A stretch of 64,000 nt of DNA. Source: Zygnema circumcarinatum SAG 698-1b (taxonomy: Eukaryota; Plantae; Zygnematophyceae). The stretch lies in contig CM074810.1 in NCBI GenBank assembly GCA_037447605.1, positions 1,894,880 to 1,958,879 of the forward strand. The letters run 5' to 3'. The notes under the pieces are model-generated. The model searched no databases, was not told the origin of the DNA, and saw nothing but the letters and a program-made list of their open reading frames with translations. Shown here piece after piece: positions 22,418 through 34,987 of the stretch; position 1 is the stretch's first letter; every line of letters starts with the position of its first letter. The position numbers and the translations under genes are program-made.

Positions 22418-23418
22418 CGTTGTTATGTTGTTGCCTCCCTTCAGTTGATGGACGGAGCTGTTGGGTTTGCTATGGGGGCTCTCTGGAGGTGCGCTCTCTC
22501 CCTCTCTCTCTCTCTCTCTCACTCTCACGCTCTCGCTCCCCCAGTCATTCTGACATCCCATTTTTTTGTACCATTTGTGAAAGAAAGACGTATTTTTTCC
22601 TTTCGTGAAGGAGCAACCGACCTGTATGAAGTGATTTTTTGTTTCTTTTCATTTTTCTGATTTTTACAAATTTGTAATTCCTTTCTGTTTTTAAGAAAAT
22701 GCCGAGTTGGGGCTTTGGGGTTTGTTGGAAGCAGGTGGCGGGTTTCGTGGCCTATTTCAATCGTCATTTGTGCTTTGGTTCGATTTTTTAACCAATTTTA
22801 AACCCCGTTTGCACCCCATTTGTATTTTTTCGCTTGTCGTCATCAATTTCATCAATATTAATTTTCAAGTTTGACTTCAAAAAAAATTGCAGGTTCGTTG
22901 CGTTGGGATTATCGGCTTCCTTGGAATTTCGTCGTTTCTCATGCAAGAAAACATTCCTGCTTTGGTATGAGATTCCCTCCCCCTAAAAAATGAGAGACAG
23001 AGAAGAAAGGGAGAGAGAGAAGGGAGAGGAGAGAGAGAGAGAGAGAGAGAGAGCTCTCACTCCCCCTCCCCCCCCGCTCTTCTTCTCTTATTTTTTTCCT
23101 CTCGTCCTTTTAACAAACATTCTTCCCTTTGTGAACACGTTCACTCCTCGATGCGCCTTTCTTTCTTTTTTTTTCGGCCTTCCTTTTTCCTTTTTCCTTT
23201 TCTCTTATCTCTAAATAAATGAGTGCAATTTTTTTTTGTTTTTTCAGATTTTGGCAAATGCGCACGCGTCCATATCTCACCTCCTCTCGTCTATGGGCTC
23301 TCCCATCGTGCCCTCCATTCAGTTTGTGTATGCGTCCGCCGCAGCCATTGTGAGGGCTCTCCCCTCCTCCCTCTCTCTCCCTCTCTCTCTCCCCCTCTCC
23401 GCTTCTCCTCCCGTCCCT

Positions 23419-23459
<41 letters not shown>

Positions 23460-24670
23460 CCTCTCCGCCTCTCCTCCCCTCCCTCCCCCCCTCCCTCTCT
23501 CTCTCTCCCCCTCTCCGCTTTTCCTCCCCTCCCTTCCCCCCTCCCTCTCTCTCTCTCCCCCTCTCCACTTCTCCTCCCCTCCCTTTCCCCCTCTCTCTCT
23601 CTCTCTTTCTCTCTCTCTCCCCCCTCTACGCCTCTCCTCCCCTCCCTCCCTTTCCCTCCCTCTCTCTCTCGCTCTCCCCCTCTTCTCCCTCCCTCCTGCA
23701 ATCCACTCGTGTGGCGCATTTTCCTGTTTAGGATATTTTCCAAACCCTCATTCTGTAGCGCCGCCTTTTATTTATTTATTTTGTTACAGGTGTTCATAAA
23801 CTGCATCACCTTCGTGGCCCTCCTCCACGTGCTCTACCTCCTCCTCCTCCGCCGCCTCGGGATGCTCCGAGACGCGCCGCTGCCTGCCTGGCTAGAGAGA
23901 GCAGCTATGTAAAATGACACAGTGAAAAAGAAGTCGGGTACAGGCAACATGCGCCTCTCTCTATCTCTCTCCCTCCCTCTCATCCCCTCTCTTTCTCTCT
24001 CTCTCTCATCCCCTCTTTCTCTCTCTCTCTCTCCCTCTCATCCTCTCCCTCTCATCCTCTCTCACCCTCTCTTTCTCTCTTTCTCTCTCGCTCTCTCAAT
24101 CTGAGTACAGAGTTAGTGAGAGAGAGCGGCCATGGCGGCCCGCCCGCCGGAAAGGTCCCATAGGTCGGTGGGGCGTGCTCGCGTGTCGGTGCATAGGTCG
24201 GTTGGTCGGTGGCCGTATGGCACTTTAGAGGCCGTACAAGTTCGTGGGACGTTTTGGGACCCAAAAAGCCCCACATTGATTCATGTCCGTACGGAAATGG
24301 TCTATCCGTACGAACCAGATGACGAATGCGGCAAACTTCAAGTTTTCTAGCGAAAACTTTTGTGGCCCCTTTCTTTTATTTTTGGGATCAGAGGAAAATA
24401 TGATTTCGTCGTCCTGTGGACAATCCTTCTAGGATTCGTACTGTGCAGTGGTAATAGTTTAGTTTGGTATAGTACTCGTTTTGGTTTCATATCCGTCCCA
24501 TAATTATGGGTGGCTGCGGAGATGCAACGTGGCACGGCGACGGCTTAGTTTTGTGCGACCAGATCCTGCCCGGAAAAACATTCGGCCAGATCCTGCTTTT
24601 AAAAACATTCGGCCAGATCCTGACCGGAAGACATTTAGCCAGACCTGCCCGGAAAAACATTCAGCCAGAT
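22418..24670 (+). repeat. near-identical tandem copy of 20156-22407 (exons 4-8 of the DUF2232 gene plus downstream DNA); probable assembly artefact
   Basis: Offset is 2262-2263 bp. The copy starts immediately after the N gap at 22408-22417. The only difference I noticed is one base in a C-run. Confidence 0.85.
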
Positions 24671-24895
24671 CCTGCCCGGAAAATCATACCGCCAGATCCT
24701 GTCCGGAAATCATTCGGCCAACCTGCACGAAAAAACAGATCCTGCCCGGACAAACATTCGGCCAGGGTCTGCCCGGACAAACATTCGGCCAGATTCTGCC
24801 CGGAAAAACATTCGGCCAGATTTTGCCCGGAAAGACATTCGGCCAGCTCCTGCCCGGAAAAACATTCGGCCAGATCCTGCCCGAAAAATATTTGG
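24557..24895. repeat. 27-bp minisatellite (CCAGATCCTGCCCGGAAAAACATTCGG)n, about 12 degenerate copies
   Basis: Tandem units are directly visible and translate as repeated PGKTFGQIL. No unique spacers. Confidence 0.9.
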
Positions 24896-26163
24896 CCGAG
24901 AGCCAAAACGTTCTTATTGATTGGACTGACAGAGCGTACGAAAGTGTACGACTACGTACTGCTCGTCCAACGGTCTGCCCGGAAAGAAAGTTCCAACTTT
25001 TCCTGAACTACCGCTTTTTTTCCCCGTGACGGAGACAGTTGACGGCCGACGGCCGACCGGCGCCAAAAGGTGCCGGTCGGGAGCTCTTAGAATGACGTGG
25101 CGGGCCGTAGTTCGCCGATATTGCCGGCTACAGGTTGCTTTTTGCCGGCCAGAGGACCATTTATGTAATTAGAAAATTCCATCACATTGATTTGTGCTGG
25201 ATCCGCCGTGCACAGCGAAAAGTAAAAAGGCCGTTGTACTTCGAGCACGTGCGCTCAAAATAAGAATCAGTAGTTTGCTTAGCTAGTTTTATGAAACGTA
25301 TTAGGACTTGTGCTGTACAGATGTTTCCATTTTGCAACTTTATCTGTATCTTACGGAAATTGCAGCCGCTTGCTGCTCTTGACAACTGTCCCCTCTCTCT
25401 GCGGGATTTGACAGGACAAAAAAAAGCACTTCAGGGCTGGACGATGAACAAAAGATGCATACATACAGATAGATATGGTATGGACATATTTGAAACTACG
25501 GAGAATGCAAAAGTTGACATAATATTAATAGTGTGAATATAAAGTGCCTGAATAGAAAGGAAAGCAGAGGTTTCAGAAGACTTGAATCACTAATCAAGCA
25601 GCAGCAGGATTACTGGTGAGCTCTTTAGTTCCCGAGAAGCAGTTGTTAGTTTTCTTAGCAATGCTTTTGTGGAACTGAGAGCAGCTCATTGAAAATGTTC
25701 ATGTTTGCTTCACGCGCTTTGATGCTGCTGCTACTCGTTTCTGTCATGAGGTTGACGATCCACATTTGTACCCAACATTTGAAGTTTTATTTGCTCTAAT
25801 GCCGAGGCTAATATGACATCATACAGAAACAGTAGTTTTTTGCTGCTGATGTAGACAATGCTGCTTGCCTGGAAGCAATGTCTGCTTTAAATATTGCATT
25901 AAGCAATGCTTTCAAGAAAGCTTACTAGAACGCTGAATGCTGAGAAAGGACGTTAACAAACGTTTGAGGACAGACGAAAAGTTTCTTCCTTGCATTGTGT
26001 TTGCAAGATTTTAAATCACTGCAAATGTGTTTATAGTTGTTTTATTTAATGTGATGTTTTTTTTTTTTTCTGCTATGCATTGTTTTACGGACGTGCAGGG
26101 GTGCAGGGGTACGGCAGGGCCTTCCCTTAGAGCTTTGCAGCAAGGAAAGGAGTTTAGTCAGCC

Positions 26164-29100
26164 ATGGCTGCTGAGGGATTATTGCAGGTACTGTTTCGCG
26201 AGTGCCCATGTTCTGTTATACTCTCTCTCTCCCTCTCCCTCTCCCTCTCTCTCTCTGCCTCTCGTACGGTATGGGATTAATGTTTATTGTACAGGTTACA
26301 AAATGTCTACTATGTTCTATTACTATGGTATTAATGCTAATTTATAAACTGCAATAAAAATATCATTATGCTAGCTTCATATATTATTACTATGGTGTTT
26401 AATTGTTAAGTGCTTCTTATCAGTGACCTGTTCCCTTGCCGCTTTTTTCTTCCTTCCCTTTTCTCTTTGGTCCCTCCGTTTCCTTGTTCTCCCTTTGCTT
26501 CTGCCACTGCTGCTTCCCTCCCGCCTCCTTCTAGAGAGAGAGAGAGAGAGTGTGTGTGTGAGAGAGAGAGCCTCTGCCTTCCTTCCTCCCTCTCTCTCCT
26601 TTTCTGATTCCATTTCCTTCCTCTTCCTTCGTCGCCCTGCTCTTCTCCTCACCTCTCTCCACCCTCTCCCACCCTCTCTCCCACCCCTCCCTGTCTCACC
26701 TTCCCTCCAATCTCTCCTCTCCCTCCTCGCATTCACCTTGTTGCGATTACAACCCGTGCATAATGGGCGGCCGGCTGAGCGAGGGGCCATGGCCGCCCCC
26801 AAAGTTGGAAGATCAGTTCGCGGCCTTCGAAGGGCGCGCGGAGGGCCGTGATGCAGTTTTGAAGGGCCGAGATGTTAGCAATGTATGCCTTCATGCACAT
26901 CCTAACAGCCATTTACATGGTGCAGGTTGGAGATATGGTTGTGTTTGTATCGTCAGACGGAATGGTTCTATGTCCGCGCCGTCGGAAGGGAAAAGGCGAC
27001 ACCTGGGAATTCGTTCCTGACAGCACTTTTCCATCCAGGTTGGGTCCCTCCCTCCCCCTCCCCCTCCCCCTCCCCCCAAACGGGAATAGAAATTTGTCAT
27101 TCTTCTCTTTGATTTGTCCACAGTTTGCAGAAACATCCTCTTGATCACGTAACCAGCATACAACAGAGTGTAGTTTTTTTTTTCCTTTTCTTTTGATTGT
27201 TTTGGACCACGGCGTTGAGTATGAAAGCTCGCGTTGTATTTGGATCCCAATGTTTTCAAATTTTTTTATTGACTGTTGGTTTAATGCTTTGAATGGAAGG
27301 AGCAGCTTTTTGAGCGCCGCGCACTCAGATGCAATTTTGACTGTTATGAAGGATGGGCATTTCTTTGGATTCCGTTCCGTCTTGGCAAACGGAAAGGCGA
27401 GTACATGCTTCCTTCATCGCTTGAAATGCTAAAAATCAAAAACCTTTTTTCCATAACATTGCCGAAGACTCTGCTCATTCTGAAAATTCCCTCCTTTCTT
27501 GCTTATATCTAAACTTCCGTCCTCTTCTCTATCTTTGTTTGATCATTTTCTTTGGATCTGCTATTTGTGCCAAGCTATACCTATGACTAACTGCAAGTAG
27601 AAGGAAAGCTAATTTAAAAAACCCTGATAAAGTCTATTGGTATTGAACGGTTTCATTCTATTGACAACTTGTTGCAGGTCTTGCAAGCTTCAAAAGTACG
27701 CGGGGTGCACCTTCGTTTCGAAAATCACAACTTTGGTCCGGTATTGCCCCTCATTTCATGTTTGCCAGAAATGGGCATTTCTATGGTTAACACTGTGACT
27801 AGCCTCTAGGGCATACAAACCTCTTAATGTAGTCATTTCTGTGGTGACTAACTTGTGACCAATCAGCATGAGAACCGAACCTCCTTTGTTAGAAACCTCC
27901 CCCTGAAATTTTAGCATCCATCCATAATCTCTTTCTGTTATACAAAGGACCTTCTTACAACGTAAAGTGGTTTAAGGTTTCAGCTTTCCTTTTGATCGGG
28001 GAAGGATGGGGTTCAGGACTTGTTGAAAGGTGTAGTGGATAGATGTACGGATGTAATCACGATTCACATTTCCAATTCATGGTCTTTAGAGATTTCTACG
28101 TGTATTGCCGTTTTTCTCACATGCTTTGTCAGTTTTTGCTTTTGCAGTGGGAGAAATGGCTTCTTTCTGGCGACTCTCTCTCCAATTGTGAACTCACAAA
28201 TCGCAAGTAAGTTTTTTGTTTCCTGAATTTCCCAGCTTAATTCTAAATGCTGGTGGTGCTGCTTGTGATTTCTTTCTACAAATCTTGTCAAATTTATCGA
28301 CCTGCAAAGTTCTGCTGATTTCCACATCTCAACATAGAAACGGACCGTCTATTCTACTCAGCTGAAAGTTTTCTTTTTCTTTTCCTTTTTATTTTCTTCC
28401 TTTCCTGATTTCCTCCGCAGATGGGGAGACAAGCGTTTTTCAGTGACTATTAAGAAAGTGAACGCCTTTCATGAAACTGAACATTTTGGTGTAGAAAAAA
28501 CAATTAGTGAATTTATACACCCACGTGCTCCTAGCTCAGCTTCAGACACTACTGAGCTGCCTCCTTTAGCAGACCTCAAAGAGGTAACCCATCAGTCCTC
28601 TCCCCATGCCTTCCCTCCAGCTCCTTCCCTCTCTTCTCCTCTCCCGCTTGTGCTTCACTTTCCTGCTCCTCCCTCCTCTTCCTTCCCTCCTCCTCCCTCT
28701 CTCCTTCCTTTTCACTCTTTGCCCTACCGCTCCCTTTCCTCTTTCCTGTCCTCTACCCCTCACCTCCTCTTCTCAGTTATTTCGTCACTTCACTTCCCTC
28801 CTGTACCGCCTTCCTTCCTTACCCAGTCCTACCTGCCTCCCTGCCTGTCGTCGGACCGTTCCTCCCTCCTCTTCTTTCGTCTCCCTCCATGTCTCCCACC
28901 CCCATATTTTTTCTGAAGCCTCTCCCCTCCCTTCCCCCTCCCCCTCCCCCTCCCCCTCCCCCAACTCCTTCAGATATGCACCTTTTGTCTCCCGTCAATC
29001 CTAAGCTGAGTTCTAAGTAGCACCTTCACACCAGTCGATCCCCCTACCCGCGTTTCGATGGAAGCTTGCACACACTAGTTTTAATGGTTATGGAAATTTT

Positions 29101-30323
29101 ATGCACTGCAGGATCTGAAGCAGTTGGAGTATCTTCAGAAGACTCTTGGGCACCTGCAAGAGGAGGTAAAGGACAGACTTGGGAAAATGGTAGCCATGGA
29201 TGGGAGGGGAGAACCTAGGGAACTTGAAACTGCCATAGAAAAGGAGATTTGGGAGCAGGTGAAGGGACAGGTGGCAGAGGGAGAGGGTGCCAGCAAGGAC
29301 GAGATTTCTCTGCAAGGTCCCCTAGGAAAGGCTGTTCGTCTTTTAGCTGGACAGTTGGCAATGGCAGCTGTGGTTCTTAAGGAGGAGGGAAGGATGGCAG
29401 TGGAATTAGAAGGTGTTGTGGAGAGTATGGTACGAAAGTATTCGAATGGTGGATGGGAGTGGGCGAGGACTGGGGAGGAGTATGGGCATGAAATGGAGGA
29501 GAAGATTGCTAAGATCAAGGAGGAGATGAAGAAAGAGGCAGCAGAGGCGAAATTGATGGTAGAGAGTGCTTGTCGGGCTGAAGCTGAGAGGAAGATGGAA
29601 ACGTTGAAGGCAGAGATGGAAAGGATAGCAGACAAGAGGGTGGCAGTGTTGAAGAGGGAAGGAGAGAAACGGGTGATGGAGAGAGAGAGAGAGGTGAGGA
29701 AAGAGATGGAGAGTGCGATGAAAACTGCGATTGAGGAACTTACAGCGGAACATGAGTTGAACCTTGAGGAGGCCAATCAGAGTATATGGGCTGAAGCCCA
29801 GAGCGAGGCGGCAGGGAAGCTGGCGAAGTTGAAAGCAGAGATGGAAGCCAAGGTGGAGGAGGTAGTGAAGGAGAGAATGGCGAGAGTGGAAGCAGTTGCG
29901 GAGAGGAGAGTCAGCTCCATTAGGTTAGAATTGATGAGCCAGTTTGGGAAGCTGACTGCTGAGACCATTGGGAATGCAAAGGCCGAAATAGAAAAAGCAG
30001 CGGATGCGAAGGTTAGTGCAATAGAGATGGCTTCGGAGGAAAAACTGAAATTGGAATTAGAGCAGAGATTGGCTGAAATGAAGGTGGACATAATGAAGAA
30101 AGCTCAGGAAGAGCTTGAAAAGAAGCTTAAGGACATGGAGGTGTTGGAGGAGAAGAAGATGAATGCGGTGAAGGAACGATGGGCGAAAGTGAAGTCGTTG
30201 CTGGCGGAATCTAAGAACAGGCAGTTGATGGAGAAAGTGAAGGAGTTGGAGGAGGAGGTGGTTGTGAAGGAGGCGGGAGAGGAGGAGTTTGTGTTGTCGC
30301 GGATGGTGACCTTGTGGAGGTGA
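26164..30323 (+). CDS. unidentified multi-exon protein with a long C-terminal coiled-coil exon
   Basis: Terminal exon from about 29112 to 30323 (DLKQLEYLQKTLGHLQEEV..., E/K/A-rich heptads). Candidate upstream exons with GT-AG: about 26927-27038 (VGDMVVFVSSDG..), about 27124-27148, about 27678-27740 and about 28421-28585. The start (MAAEGLLQ at 26164) is tentative. Confidence 0.6.
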
Positions 30324-31708
30324 CATCTAGAGGCGTCAGTGATGGGGGAGGGAGAGGGGGAGAGGGAAGGAGTGGGGGGAAGCGAGGGAAAGGAAAGGAA
30401 AGAGGAGGTTAGAGTGGGAGGGATGGAGAGGGGGGGGGGAGAGGAAGGGAGCGGAACAGGGAGGGGAGAGGGAGGGTACGGGAGAGGAAGGGAGTCGGGG
30501 AGGGAGGAAGAGATGGGAGGAAGGGAGTAGGGCTGAGGACGGGAGAGGGGAGGAGGGACGAGGAGGGGGCAGGGAGTGGAGGAGGTGTTGGAGATTTGAC
30601 TTGAAGTTGTCGGGTTTTGTAAAGGAAGGAGGGTTAGAGGAGCCCCCCTAGAAGGGATGCAGAGACGGAATATTGTGTATAAAAAGTGCCCTGTGTGGCA
30701 TGTTCGAGATCCAGTAAATTTATGAACTAATTATTATACTATTTATATGGCATAAAATGCCTTGATAATAAGTAGGTTCGACAAATTATGTCTAAAAAAG
30801 CTGAAACCAAGCAAGGGCCCTTTCCTTTGTTGTAGGTGTCACAGATATATTTGCCGATGTAAGCGGCATATACTTTTGTTTGCCAAGAAACTGTAGTAGT
30901 AAGTAGTTTCTGAACTTCCGGGTTCATCTGTAATGGTGAAATCCAGCAGTTTGAATTGGCAACTTTTTATACTGCTATATCTCTCAATTTTTGTTTCTAC
31001 CTTCAAAAACGATCGTGCTCATATTCCTATTTTGATGCATCTGCTTCTTTCACCTGTGCTTTGAATGGGAGGCATTGTGCGGCCTCGTGCTCAGCCTTCA
31101 TTTTTTCAAATGAACTTCTCGTAAAATCAAGCATGTATAAGAAAACGGAGAGCCCTCTAATCTCCCTCCCTCCCCCTCCCCTCTCTCCTTCGCCCTCTCC
31201 ATCTGGCTTTGTTGGGGTCAACTATTCCGGGCCGACACATTATATCAAAGTATAATAACTCCTGCATGCCTGCATGGTTTCCGCCATCTTGCTAAGAGCG
31301 GGGATGCAGGGGACAAACGAATAGTATACGGCCCATTTAGGGTTTAGGGTTTAAGGTTTAAGGGGGTAAGGTTTAGGGGTTATTTAGGAATAGGAGACTG
31401 AAGGAAATAACGAACTTGCCAACGAACATTATCAATTATTTTGGGGTAAGGTGCCACTGGACAACGTGATTTTTCAAAAATGCTTCCAAAAGAAAGGTGC
31501 TGTTATCAGCACGACATACAGTTCCCTACTTTTTTCAACAAACAAACTTAAAGTGAGATATGAAAGCCAATCCTCCTACGTCAGCCTCCGATCCAGACCA
31601 TTAATTTCGCCTCCCAAAACTGGAAACCGGGTCAAAATCAAAGGAAAAAAAACTATAAACTAAATTAAAAAAAGGGGGGGAAGCTCCGCCAAATAAAAAG
31701 TACACGGC

Positions 31709-32329
31709 TTACTTGGGCCACACTCCCTTCCTCTCTCTCTCCCACTTCACATAGAGAGCCGCGCACCCAATAATGAAGTAAATTTGGACCCCAATAGTCG
31801 CGGGATCATGGTACGACAGAAGGCTCCGTCCCGAGGCCAATTCGACGGCCAAGATCGCAACAAATCCAAGGCCTGCTAATCGCCCGTTTAGCCGCTCAGA
31901 GTATGAGTTAAACCCCAGCTCAATGGGTAAACCCCCCGACACCGGGTCCTGTATGGGAGTGGGCGGCAAAACAATGCTGGCTTTGCCGCCCTCTCTCTGT
32001 CCCCCCTGAGACTGAGACTGAGGCTCTATGCCGAAATCTAGCTCTCCTGCTTTTCTCGCTTTACGGACCTCCGCTTTCCTTCCCGTTCCGCTTCCGCCTC
32101 TGCGAATTGAGGCAAGTCTCGACTCAAAATCCTCATCGTCGTCACTTCCTTCGGCACGGACGACAAAATTTTGGCGTCTGACCGAGCGTTGAGATTGGCT
32201 GAGCAGGCCAGTGCGTGCGCGGAACCCTACTTTTGCGGCTGCCCGAGCGCTTGGGCAGGTTTGGGAAAGAAGAGGCAGCAGGCTGGCCTGGGTAAATGAG
32301 CTGTTTGAAACGAGGGTCTGCGTAGCCAT
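31709..32329 (-). CDS. LHC-like stress-enhanced (two-helix, SEP5-type) chloroplast protein, intronless
   Basis: Transit peptide MATQTLVSN..VVRA, then FESRLASIR..GSGTGRKAEVRK, and a chlorophyll-binding motif LGFNSYSERLNGRLAGLGFVAILAVELASG plus a second helix. SEP5 assignment from memory. Confidence 0.85.
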   Translation of the reverse strand: MATQTLVSNSSFTQASLLPLLSQTCPSARAAAKVGFRARTGLLSQSQRSVRRQNFVVRAEGSDDDEDFESRLASIRRGGSGTGRKAEVRKARKAGELDFGIEPQSQSQGGQREGGKASIVLPPTPIQDPVSGGLPIELGFNSYSERLNGRLAGLGFVAILAVELASGRSLLSYHDPATIGVQIYFIIGCAALYVKWERERKGVWPK

Positions 32330-33269
32330 TGGACCTATCTGCATTGCCACATTCAAACACAAATGGAAAGCAAAAAGAGAAATTCATGAATTCCTTATTT
32401 CCGAAGAGGCCTGCTCCGTATGACTACAACCACGCCCTAACCCGAATTCTAGCTTCTAGCCCTAACACAAGCTACGGCCTAGCCGTAACCATATTTTTAG
32501 CTTCTGCCTCTAAGCATGATTCTGCATGTCATTAAAAACCCTAACCCTAATTCTAGCTTTGAGCCGAACCCAACCTTCACCCTAACATTTCATAACCCTA
32601 GGATCGAACTCAGACTGGAAGCTACAGCGGCACCAGCCCCAACTCTAGTTCTAGCCTTCATGAAGTCAAGTCTACCCTAATCTGAGCCCTCGTTCCAACT
32701 TTAATTATAACCTCAATAAAGTCTGCCCTATTTGATTCTAGACTGGTAACACCAATTTTTTATCTCGATAAAGTCAAATCGCCCTAATCTGAACTCTGAA
32801 CCCCAGCTCTAATTCTGCAGCTATGATCTAGCGCTGCATTTAGCAGGACTACAGCCCAGCCTCGCAGTAAGGCTAACCCTTACCTCAACCAAAATACCTT
32901 ACTAAGATTCAGAAGAAATCCTAATCGCACGCCAGATAATCCCAAAAATAAAAAATACCATCAACAACGAGCGAGCCACTTGCATCCTCCCATCCCTTCT
33001 CACCTCCGCCTCCTCCGCCTCTCCTCTGAAGCTTCGGCGTTCTTTCTCACGCCGCGACAAACGAAGTCACGTCACAACACACGAGAGAGGGTGGGGAGAG
33101 AGAGGGGGGGGGAAGGGAGAGGGAGAGGGAGAGAGAGAATGAGAGGGAGAGGGGGAGAGGGAGAGGGAGTGAGAGAAAGGGAGATGGAGGACTGAGGGAG
33201 TGAGAGGGAGCTGCGGAGGCAGGCAGGCACTTGGTTGTCCGTACGACCGTACATCCACAACTCATGTGC

Positions 33270-33515
33270 CACGTGGACAGGCTGCAGGCACCCAATGTCG
33301 TCTCCGGCCGACACGTGGCAAGAGCAATCGCGTACCGTACGGACAGCATCGACGGTTCAGATGAGCGCAGGTGCGAAGAGCCGCGATCGAGAACACGTGG
33401 CACGATTTGATTGGCTGCGCGCCCTTAAAACAAGTGCGGGGGTCCGAGCGCAGTTTGTGGCGACACGCGGGACACGCTCGCGCGCGCTATTGGCGGAGGG
33501 CCGGTGGGTCACGTG
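33270..33515. promoter_or_regulatory. cluster of four G-boxes (CACGTG) upstream of the SEP-like gene
   Basis: CACGTG at 33270, 33312, 33394 and 33510. Function inferred only. Confidence 0.45.
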
Positions 33516-34987
33516 GCAGGGCTGGATTGGGCATCTTCTGGTGCAATGTAGATTAAGAAGGGACAATCCTATTTACACACCTTTTTGTCTACATACACAC
33601 CATTTTCGCCGGGCAGATTATATTTTAGGGCTTTTATGGTATTGGGGTTTTTTATATAATAAAGGTGTGTATCTAGGCAAAATAAGTGTGTAAACAGTAA
33701 TTCCCGTTAATACTGTAAAGGTTTGTGTATAAAACTTTGTGTACGTTTGTATAACGTAATCAGGGTCCAACAGTAAATTTGCTGACGTTTGAAAGCATCA
33801 GCAGCCTTGGCGTGCACGGGTCCCAGATTTCAGCTGGAAACCATTATGCCTTGAGACGTTCGCACTCGAAAATGGGGGGCGAGGATGAGCGCTTGACTTG
33901 ACTTGATTTGACTTGACTTGACTTGTGATGCACAAGACGTCGTGTGCCACAAACAGAGTACATGAATGGTACATGAGCACAACAACAACAACAACAACAA
34001 CAACGTGTCGAACCATGTTGGGCCAGTCACAAATAGACCTAGGGACGGTACAAAAAGTGTGCGTGAAATCCTGCTTCTGTGGCCGCCAACGGCCCAACTC
34101 GCAACAACACCAACACCAACAACTCTAACAACGAACAACAAATCCAAAATTCCAGAAAATCCACTTCATGCCGACCACTGGAAAAATCTCAATCGCAGAG
34201 TTTCCAAATCTCAAATCTCCAATCTGATTGGAGGACAACTGACTGATTGTCCGGCGTGGAGTGTTTAGCAGTACATTGACGTGGCAAATCCGATTTGGCT
34301 GACTCATCCACCGGCAATAGTGTTTGACGACCGCAAAATTCCAAACGTTTGCCGCCCGCCAGGTCACTCCACCGACCAGGCCCAACCCAGAACCCTAAAT
34401 CTGTACCACAATCCAGAACCAGCGAATGAGACATAATCACGTGGACAATGGCCGACCACGCCTTAACTACGTTTTGTCGTATAAGGCGGTGCCCCCCTGG
34501 CCGGGTCCCCGCAAACGCCATCCGGCACGGCCGGGCTTGCCAATATTGACCGCCCATCCAATGGCAGTCCGCCACGTAATCCATACGGCCTAGTCCGTAC
34601 ATGTTCAGTACCGGTTTGGATAGAAACACACGCACTTTCTACCGTCGATTTAATCAATCGCAAATCGCAGCCGTCCATTGTAATTATTAAATATATTTCA
34701 GGACTTCGTAATCATATTTAAGCTCGGCCGCACTGTCGGTGCCGTACATTTTGTCGCCCGACTTTGCCGTTGGGGAATGTACGGAACCCCCCACCCCTTC
34801 CCCCAAAATGGCGGTCAGTCCCCGGCGCACTGCAACCCGGAGAAATTGCGCGCACCAAAGATCAATTTTTCTTCTTACACCAAAAATTTCATCAAAAAGT
34901 TTAAAACTCACATTGCTTAAGAGTTTTGAGGGTATTTAGGGATTTTAGGGTTAGCAATAATTCAGAAAATTTTAAAGGAAGAGCGCC

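Noticed and set aside
20156-24670. Tandem partial duplication of the DUF2232 gene as a real event
   Set aside because: The copies are essentially identical, including fast-evolving microsatellites, and the junction is an N gap inside a minisatellite. This is typical of a scaffolding overlap; read depth or long reads would decide.
24557-24895. 27-bp repeats as a CRISPR array
   Set aside because: Units are contiguous without unique spacers, there are no cas genes, and the context is eukaryotic.
25690-25990. Coding-like stretch upstream of the coiled-coil gene
   Set aside because: Interrupted by stops in all frames I examined and not assignable to a family.
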